A stretch of DNA of 64,000 bases from Flavobacteriaceae bacterium. Its GTDB lineage: Bacteria > Bacteroidota > Bacteroidia > Flavobacteriales > Flavobacteriaceae. Made by a program: the position numbers and the translations under genes. Location of the stretch: positions 24,193 to 88,192 of the forward strand of contig JAIXYI010000084.1 of the NCBI GenBank assembly GCA_027490305.1, given 5' to 3'. Positions within the stretch are counted from its first letter, which is position 1. The number at the start of each line of letters is the position of its first letter. This document shows positions 35,037-41,254 of this stretch, one piece after another. The notes under the pieces were generated by a model, which saw only the letters and a program-made list of their open reading frames with translations, was not told where the DNA came from and searched no databases.

Positions 35037-37067
35037 ATGAATTCCCTGACAGTTCCGTTTGATACGCGCCACGACAGCGCCCCGTTTTCATCCATCGCTA
35101 CCACTGATTTCAAACCGCTGATCGAAGCGGCCCTTGAAGAAGCACGAGCGGAAGTCGCTGCCATCCGCAACCATCCGGCAGTGCCCGACTTTACCAACAC
35201 CATTGAGGCCCTTGAGTTCTCCGGACAGAAGCTCGAACGCCTCACGTCTATTTTCTTCAACCTTAATTCGGCCGAGACCAACGACGAGATGCAGAAGATC
35301 GCCCAGGAGGTGTCGCCCCTGTTAACGGCCTTCAGCAACGACATTTCGCTCGACGAAACACTGTTTGCCCGCGTACGGGCCGTATACGAGCAACGCACGG
35401 GCCTTGGCCTCAATGCCGAGCAATCGATGTTGTTAGAGAAGAAGTTCAAATCGTTTGCCCGAAACGGTGCGCTTTTGCCGGAAGAAAAGAAGCAACAATT
35501 ACGGGGCATCGATACCGAACTGGCGAAATTGAAGCTGACGTATGGGGAGAACGTTTTGGCCGAGACCCATGATTACATCCTCCACATTACCCAGCGCGAG
35601 GATTTGGCAGGACTTCCGGAAGGTGCCATCGAGGCAGCGGCCGGAGAAGCTACTGCGCGGCAACTCGAAGGATGGGTGTTCACACTCGACTTCCCTAGCT
35701 ATATACCCTTCGTTACCTACGCCGAAAACCGGGCCTTGCGCAAAGAACTGACGCTCGCCGCCGGTCGTAAGGCCTTCAGGTGCAATGCGCACGACAACCG
35801 TGACAACGTCAAACGCATCGCGACCTTACGTCATGAACGCGCGGTTTTGCTGGGCTATGAAAGCCATGCGCATTTTGTGTTGGAAGAACGGATGGCGCAG
35901 ACGCCCGCGGCCGTGAAGGTCTTTCTCGGGGATTTGCTTGAAAAGGCAAAGCCGGCTGCCCAACGCGAGTTTGCGGAATTGGAGGTGTTTGCAAAATCGA
36001 AAGACGGATTGGAGCGCCTCGAAAAATGGGACGGTCCGTTTTATGCGGAAAAACTAAAACAGCAGCGCTTCAACCTCGATGATGAGGTGCTGAAGCCCTA
36101 TTTTCAACTCGAGCATGTGTTAGACGGCGCCTTTACTGTGGCAGGTCGTTTGTTTGGTATCCGGTTTGAGGAAGTGTTCGACATCGATACCTATCACGCG
36201 GAAGTTCGGACGTTTGAGGTGCGCAATGCAGACGATTCGTTCCTGGCCCTTTTTTACGCCGATTTCTTCCCGCGTAAAGGGAAACGCAACGGTGCCTGGA
36301 TGACCTCGTTCAAACCGCAATTCCGTAAGGAAGGTCGGGAGGAGCGCCCTCATGTGTCGATCGTCTGCAATTTTACACGACCGACTGATACGAAGCCGTC
36401 GTTGTTGACCTTTAACGAGGTGACGACGTTGTTCCACGAGTTTGGGCATGCGTTACACGGAATGTTGGCGAATACGACCTACCCGTCGCTTTCTGGCACG
36501 TCGGTGTATTGGGATTTTGTGGAGTTGCCGAGCCAGGTGATGGAAAACTGGTGCTACGAACCCGAAGCACTTGCACTCTTCGCCCGTCATTACGAAACAG
36601 GCGAGGTAATCCCGCAGGAATATGTCGACCGGATCCGGGAAAGCGCGGCCTTTTTGGAAGGGATGGCCACGTTACGGCAATTGAGTTTCGGATTGCTCGA
36701 CATGGCCTATCACAGCGCTGATCCATCTGGTATAATGGATGTAAAAGCCTTTGAGAAACAGGCGTTCGAGTCGACGGCGCTGTATCCGGATGTGGAAGAT
36801 AATTGTATGAGCGTCGCCTTTTCCCATATTTTCCAGGGGGGGTACTCTTCAGGATATTATAGTTATAAATGGGCGGAGGTGCTCGACGCTGACGCCTTCG
36901 CGTACTTTCAGGAAACCGGTATCTTCAATACGGAAACGGCTGCGAAGTTTCGTGAGCATGTGCTGTCGAAAGGCGGAACCGAACATCCGATGACGCTTTA
37001 CAAACGCTTTCGCGGACAAGAACCGAAGCCGGATGCGCTGTTGCGGAGGGCGGGGTTGGTTGATTAG
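35037..37067 (+). CDS. M3 family metallopeptidase (peptidyl-dipeptidase Dcp-like)
   Basis: KRNGAWM, TLFHEFGHALHG, WDFVELPSQVMENW, FSHIFQGGYSSGYYSYKWAE. Confidence 0.94.
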   Translation: MNSLTVPFDTRHDSAPFSSIATTDFKPLIEAALEEARAEVAAIRNHPAVPDFTNTIEALEFSGQKLERLTSIFFNLNSAETNDEMQKIAQEVSPLLTAFSNDISLDETLFARVRAVYEQRTGLGLNAEQSMLLEKKFKSFARNGALLPEEKKQQLRGIDTELAKLKLTYGENVLAETHDYILHITQREDLAGLPEGAIEAAAGEATARQLEGWVFTLDFPSYIPFVTYAENRALRKELTLAAGRKAFRCNAHDNRDNVKRIATLRHERAVLLGYESHAHFVLEERMAQTPAAVKVFLGDLLEKAKPAAQREFAELEVFAKSKDGLERLEKWDGPFYAEKLKQQRFNLDDEVLKPYFQLEHVLDGAFTVAGRLFGIRFEEVFDIDTYHAEVRTFEVRNADDSFLALFYADFFPRKGKRNGAWMTSFKPQFRKEGREERPHVSIVCNFTRPTDTKPSLLTFNEVTTLFHEFGHALHGMLANTTYPSLSGTSVYWDFVELPSQVMENWCYEPEALALFARHYETGEVIPQEYVDRIRESAAFLEGMATLRQLSFGLLDMAYHSADPSGIMDVKAFEKQAFESTALYPDVEDNCMSVAFSHIFQGGYSSGYYSYKWAEVLDADAFAYFQETGIFNTETAAKFREHVLSKGGTEHPMTLYKRFRGQEPKPDALLRRAGLVD

Positions 37068-37225
37068 CGAATGGGGGAATTAGCGAATGAGGTAATTAGA
37101 TAATTAGAAAATTAGATAATGGGTGGAGGGCGTTGGAATCGCTGTTGGTTAATTAGCGAATGGGGGAATTAGCGAGTTAGCGAATGAGAGAATTAGCGAA
37201 TTGGCGGATGAGGTAATTAGATAAT
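37055..37225. repeat. Degenerate ATTAG(C/A)(G/T)AA array containing a 32-bp duplication
   Basis: About a dozen ATTAGCGA/ATTAGATA units; 37055-37086 and 37144-37175 are identical at 31 of 32 nt. Confidence 0.85.
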
Positions 37226-37243
37226 GGGGAAACGGAGCGCCCA

Positions 37244-37271
37244 CTTTCGACTTTACACTTTCGACTTTTGA
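37244..37271. repeat. Heptamer tandem repeat CTTTCGA x4 (imperfect)
   Basis: CTTTCGA CTTTACA CTTTCGA CTTTTGA. Confidence 0.8.
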
Positions 37272-37279
37272 CTGGATTT

Positions 37280-37356
37280 CGCGTTAGCGGTTGAAGCGGC
37301 AGCCCGCAGCCCCGCAGCCTGCGGAGGGGCGAGGACTATAGCGGAAGACGCGACCC
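37280..37356 (+). ncRNA. Structured intergenic repeat element, Flavo-1-like
   Basis: Closing pair CGCGT/ACGCG, 5' GGTTGAAGCGGC and 3' GAGGACTATAGCGGAAG, resembling a Flavobacterium repeat/RNA family I recall; not verified by covariance model. Confidence 0.45.
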
Positions 37357-37421
37357 GACGCCTGCAAAAAAGCACAACTAACCATGAAACCGTCCGGCGG
37401 AGGGAAACGCCCTAAAATAAA

Positions 37422-37463
37422 TTTCAAATATTTTTGAAAGTTTCAAAATAACGCCTACCTTTG
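37422..37463 (+). promoter_or_regulatory. Promoter TTTG-N19-TACCTTTG with overlapping palindromic operator
   Basis: TTTG 37433-37436, TACCTTTG 37456-37463, ATG 4 nt later; palindrome TTTCAAA-TATT-TTTGAAA at 37422-37439 covers the -33 box. Confidence 0.8.
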
Positions 37464-37467
37464 AAAC

Positions 37468-37971
37468 ATGGAATTCAAACAGGCAAAAGATCGATTCGTA
37501 CAGAGTTGGGGCGCGCTCGGGTCGCAGTGGGGTATCAACAAGACCATGGCCCAGTTGCATGCGTTGTTGATGATTTCACCGGATGCGCTGTCGATGGAGG
37601 AATTGATGGAGGAACTCCACATTTCACGGGGCAACGCCAGCATGAACCTGCGGGCCCTGATTGAGTGGGGAATTGTGTACAAGGAATACAAGCCAGGCGA
37701 ACGGCGGGAGTATTTCAGGGCGGAGAAGGACCTGGATGAGTTGGCGGTGAAAATCGCCCGTGAACGCAGTAAGCGTGAGATCAAGCCCGCGTTAAAAGTG
37801 CTGAAAGACGTGTCGTCGATAGAAACCGATACGCATCCGGAAGCCCAGCATTTCGTTGACCAGACTACAAAGTTGTATGACTTCGTGTTGCGCGCAGACA
37901 ATATGCTGGATAAGATCACCGAGTTGAAAGACAATTGGTTGGCCGGACTGCTGTTGAAAATGATGAAATAG
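37468..37971 (+). CDS. GbsR/MarR family transcriptional regulator
   Basis: WGALGSQWGINKTMAQLHALL, ISRGNASMNLRALIEWGIV...GERREYF winged HTH. Confidence 0.88.
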   Translation: MEFKQAKDRFVQSWGALGSQWGINKTMAQLHALLMISPDALSMEELMEELHISRGNASMNLRALIEWGIVYKEYKPGERREYFRAEKDLDELAVKIARERSKREIKPALKVLKDVSSIETDTHPEAQHFVDQTTKLYDFVLRADNMLDKITELKDNWLAGLLLKMMK

Positions 37972-38012
37972 GGAAAGCGGGTGGAACTACTCGTTTTTTT
38001 AATCAAAACAGA

Positions 38013-38030
38013 TTTCAAATTTTTCTGAAA
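38013..38030. promoter_or_regulatory. Second copy of the palindromic operator (TTTCAAATTTTTCTGAAA)
   Basis: 16 of 18 nt identical to 37422-37439; 11 nt upstream of the DCC gene ATG. Confidence 0.7.
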
Positions 38031-38041
38031 TAAATATAATT

Positions 38042-38851
38042 ATGAAAACACTACCCAAACACACGCTGCTGTATGATGATGAATGTCCGTTGTGTACGCT
38101 CTACTCCGGCGCGTTTGTCGCCACCGGTATGTTAGACCCTGAAGGACGCAAGCCCTTTTGCCAGCTTGAGGAGAACGAGACGCAGGTGATCGATCTGGGA
38201 CGGGCCGTTAATGAAATTGCGCTCATTGATCGGGGTAGTGGCGCGGTGTTGTATGGAGTGGACAGTATCTTGCGTATCCTGGGGCACAGCCTGCCGCTCA
38301 TCGAGCGGGTCGGGCGCTTCGGGCCGGTGCATTTTTTACTGCAAAAGGCCTATTCCTTCATTTCGTTCAACCGAAAAGTGATCGTTCCGGGCGCTACACC
38401 CAAGGCAGGAACGCTTGAATGTGTACCGTCTTTTCATGTGGGATATCGACTGGCATATATGGTCATAGCTGCTAGTTTAGCCGCGCTGCTACTGGCGCGC
38501 TTCTCTGAACTGCTGCCTGTCGGTCGGCACGGATGGGGCATCGGGCTTTTACTCGTAGCCGCACAGGTGCCGTTTCAATGGGTAGCGCTAAGGGGCGACT
38601 GGCGCACGCGACTCAACTATACCGGTAACCTGCTCACCGTTTCGCTCATGGGGAGTCTGATGCTGGTGCCTTTTGGGCTCGTGGCCTTGTTCGTGGCAGT
38701 GCCTCCGCTGGTGGCAGTCGCTGCGTTTGCCTCAGTGGCGACGGTCTTGTTTTTCGAGCACCGGCGGCGTGTGCGGTTGTTGGGGCAGCCGTGGTGGGTG
38801 AGTGCGACGTGGGTCGTATATCGTTTGTTGATGGGATTATTTCTTGTATAG
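38042..38851 (+). CDS. DCC (DUF393)-like thiol-disulfide oxidoreductase fused to C-terminal membrane helices
   Basis: LLYDDECPLC (DxxCxxC), YGVDSILRIL, AYSFISFNRKVI, four hydrophobic C-terminal segments. Confidence 0.8.
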   Translation: MKTLPKHTLLYDDECPLCTLYSGAFVATGMLDPEGRKPFCQLEENETQVIDLGRAVNEIALIDRGSGAVLYGVDSILRILGHSLPLIERVGRFGPVHFLLQKAYSFISFNRKVIVPGATPKAGTLECVPSFHVGYRLAYMVIAASLAALLLARFSELLPVGRHGWGIGLLLVAAQVPFQWVALRGDWRTRLNYTGNLLTVSLMGSLMLVPFGLVALFVAVPPLVAVAAFASVATVLFFEHRRRVRLLGQPWWVSATWVVYRLLMGLFLV

Positions 38852-38853
38852 AT

Positions 38854-39765
38854 ATGGAAACGAAGAAAGTGGTGATTGCCGCCGGAACGGGTTTTCTGGG
38901 GCGGGTATTGTGTCGCTATTTCGTGACAAAGGGTTACGGAGTGACAGTCCTCACAAGGGGAGCCGCGCGCACCGAGAACGGTATTGATTATGTAACATGG
39001 GATGCCCGCACGCGGGGTAAGTGGGAAGAGGTGCTGGAAGGGGCATTCTTCGTGATCAATCTGGCGGGTAAGTCCGTCGATTGTCGCTATGACGAGAGAA
39101 ACCGAAAGGAGATACTGGCGTCACGGATCGATAGCACAAAGGTATTGGGAGCGGCGATTCGAGATTGCAAGCAGCCACCCCGCCATTGGCTAAATGCGGC
39201 TACGGCGACCATCTACCGACATTCTGAAGACAAAAGGATGGATGAGGTTACCGGTGAAACAGGTGATGATTTCTCAATGGGTGTCGCCAAGGCCTGGGAA
39301 GCGGCATTTTTTGAAGGACCCCTGGGTACCAAGCGCACCGCCCTTCGGACGTCGATCGTATTGGGGAATGGCGGTGGTGCCTTTCCGGCCATCCGGAATT
39401 TGGTGCGTATGGGGTTTGGCGGCCGTCAGGGCAGCGGGCGGCAGTTCATCAGTTGGATACATGAACAGGACTTTGCCCGTGCCGTCCTTTTTATTGTGGA
39501 GAGTGGGATGGAAGGTGTCGTCAATATCGTGGCGCCGGAACCCGTTAGAAATACCGATTTCATGCGGATGCTGCGCACGGCGATGCGGATGCCGGCCGGT
39601 TTGCGGCTTTCCCGGAAGTTGTTGGAGTGGGGCGCGAAACTCATCGGCACGGAAACTGAACTGGTGCTTAAAAGCCGGAACGTGGTGCCAGCCCGGTTGC
39701 AGGAGGCGGGTTTTCACTTCCAATACGGTAGCCTGACGGCGGCCTTCCAACAATTGACCCAATGA
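38854..39765 (+). CDS. TIGR01777 family NAD-dependent epimerase-like oxidoreductase
   Basis: Start moved to METKK. AGTGFLG, INLAGKSV, AKAWE, LRTSIVLG, SWIHEQD, LKSRNVVPARL...GFHF. Confidence 0.88.
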   Translation: METKKVVIAAGTGFLGRVLCRYFVTKGYGVTVLTRGAARTENGIDYVTWDARTRGKWEEVLEGAFFVINLAGKSVDCRYDERNRKEILASRIDSTKVLGAAIRDCKQPPRHWLNAATATIYRHSEDKRMDEVTGETGDDFSMGVAKAWEAAFFEGPLGTKRTALRTSIVLGNGGGAFPAIRNLVRMGFGGRQGSGRQFISWIHEQDFARAVLFIVESGMEGVVNIVAPEPVRNTDFMRMLRTAMRMPAGLRLSRKLLEWGAKLIGTETELVLKSRNVVPARLQEAGFHFQYGSLTAAFQQLTQ

Positions 39766-40241
39766 CACGGCTTTATTTTGTTACCTACATCAAGGCCGCA
39801 CGCGAGCGCGTTTTCGACCTGTCACGTGATGTCGATTTTCATACCAAATCGGCAACAACCTCACGCGAGCGTGCGATCGGCGGCCGTATGTCCGGTTTGT
39901 TAGAGCCCGGCGAAACGGTTCGTTTCCAGGGATACCATTTTGGGATGTGTTTGCGACATACGAGCACCCTGACCGAGTTTGTGCATCCGGCGTATTTTGT
40001 CGACGAAATGACGGAAGGGCACTTTCGGTATTTCCGGCATGAACACCGGTTTACTGACGAAGGAGAACGGACGCGGATGGAAGACATTCTGCACTATGAT
40101 GTCCCTTTTGGATGGTGCGGAAGGCTGTTCGATAGATTGTTCCTCCGACGGCACCTGACGGCATTCCTTAACGAACGCAACGAGTATTTAAAGAAAGTAG
40201 CCGAGCAGGAGGTCAGCTATCCACCAGATAATCGGGATTGA
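39762..40241 (+). CDS. SRPBCC family protein
   Basis: VFDLSRDVDFH, FVDEMTEGHFRYFRHEHRF, MEDILHY. Confidence 0.85.
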   Translation: MTRLYFVTYIKAARERVFDLSRDVDFHTKSATTSRERAIGGRMSGLLEPGETVRFQGYHFGMCLRHTSTLTEFVHPAYFVDEMTEGHFRYFRHEHRFTDEGERTRMEDILHYDVPFGWCGRLFDRLFLRRHLTAFLNERNEYLKKVAEQEVSYPPDNRD

Positions 40242-41012
40242 CTCGGCCCATAAAAGGGTGTAGTGCCGTGGGCGTCTTTCGTGGGCGAAAAAGAGGAAGA
40301 AGCCGGTTAGGAGGAAGATGGATATATTCAGTATGAAATCCGGATAGGTCCGGAAATCAGTCCAGTTCAGGGCCATCAACAGGATAAGCAGCGCGTGCCC
40401 CAACTGTTTGGTGCGCTTCACCCCAATCCACTGCGGGATGGTGCGCAGCAACGGATCGTCGTTGGCCAGGTCGATGATCTCAAAGATCAGCACGAGTACC
40501 AGCACAAACAGGAACCGCCGCAGGCACAATACGCCCACAGCTAGGTCAAACGGCACCCGCGCCTGCACAATCGGTAAAACCGCGGTGACACCCATCCAGC
40601 AAAGCGATACGATGTAGATTTTGACACCGGCCCAATTGCGGGCGTTTTGTCGGTTGGGGAAAAATGGCAGCGCGTACAACACCGTTAAGGCACCAAAGCC
40701 CAATACGGTCAGTTGCGCGGCCCATCGGAGGCGCAGGAAACACATGCCGGCTGCAACGAGGAAACCGAAACTGATGAAGGCAATGGCTTTGATGCGCGGG
40801 TTCAAACTACGGCCCTTCATTCGCGCCAACGCGTCGTATTTGATGAAATTGTATCCGGCTACCGTCCCGAAGAAAGCGAGCGGCGCCACAGCATTTTCAA
40901 CCGGAATCCCCAACCACGATTGCGTCAACCGCACCAGCGAATAGGCCGACAGCCCGGTAAGGAAACTACCATCGATGAGGAAGCTGAGGAAGTGGCGAAG
41001 GAAGGCGGTCAA
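40188..41012 (-). CDS. UbiA prenyltransferase-like integral membrane protein
   Basis: Multiple TM segments; GYNFIKYD and FEIIDLANDD...TIP Asp-rich motifs. TTG start uncertain. Confidence 0.6.
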   Translation of the reverse strand: MTAFLRHFLSFLIDGSFLTGLSAYSLVRLTQSWLGIPVENAVAPLAFFGTVAGYNFIKYDALARMKGRSLNPRIKAIAFISFGFLVAAGMCFLRLRWAAQLTVLGFGALTVLYALPFFPNRQNARNWAGVKIYIVSLCWMGVTAVLPIVQARVPFDLAVGVLCLRRFLFVLVLVLIFEIIDLANDDPLLRTIPQWIGVKRTKQLGHALLILLMALNWTDFRTYPDFILNISIFLLTGFFLFFAHERRPRHYTLLWAESIPIIWWIADLLLGYFL

Positions 41013-41026
41013 GGGGAGGGTTTAGG

Positions 41027-41115
41027 GTTGATAGTTGACAGTTGATAGTTGATAGTTCATAGCGGAGGGTCTCCTAACCACTGACTACTGACCACCGACT
41101 ACTGACCACTAACTA
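41027..41115. repeat. Two heptamer arrays: GTTGATA x5 and CTGAC(C/T)A x6
   Basis: 41027-41061 GTTGATA GTTGACA GTTGATA GTTGATA GTTCATA; 41074-41115 CTAACCA CTGACTA CTGACCA CCGACTA CTGACCA CTAACTA. Confidence 0.88.
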
Positions 41116-41117
41116 CT

Positions 41118-41125
41118 CAAATTTA
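41118..41125 (-). promoter_or_regulatory. -7 element TAAATTTG for the UbiA-like gene
   Basis: Exact TAnnTTTG on the minus strand immediately upstream of the heptamer arrays. Confidence 0.6.
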
Positions 41126-41189
41126 CGCATTCTGTTCATAACCCCCTTTTTGGTTGAAAAATCATCCGTAATTCGGCTTTTTATGGGAA

Positions 41190-41218
41190 TTGTTTTAGCA
41201 GATTAATAAGTACTTTTG
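41190..41218 (+). promoter_or_regulatory. gcvP promoter TTG-N18-TACTTTTG
   Basis: TTG 41190-41192, TACTTTTG 41211-41218, 36 nt before the ATG at 41255. Confidence 0.65.
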
Positions 41219-41254
41219 CATACAACAAAACGCTATACAACACACTATCCGTTC

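Noticed and set aside
34781-35072. 65-aa and 67-aa minus-strand ORFs in the purE-peptidase gap
   Set aside because: One overlaps the peptidase start and the other runs through the terminator into purE; both have low-complexity composition. A non-coding explanation fits better.
37055-37225. CRISPR array
   Set aside because: Units are about 8 nt and degenerate, there are no unique constant-length spacers, and no cas genes are present.
41022-41060. Frameshift phase variation of the UbiA-like gene through heptamer slippage
   Set aside because: The upstream ATG is already in frame but blocked by TAA; changes of one or two units put it out of frame and three units keep the stop, so no ON state arises.
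41219-41254. Glycine riboswitch before gcvP, or a purine riboswitch before purK
   Set aside because: Leaders are under 40 nt with no aptamer motifs.
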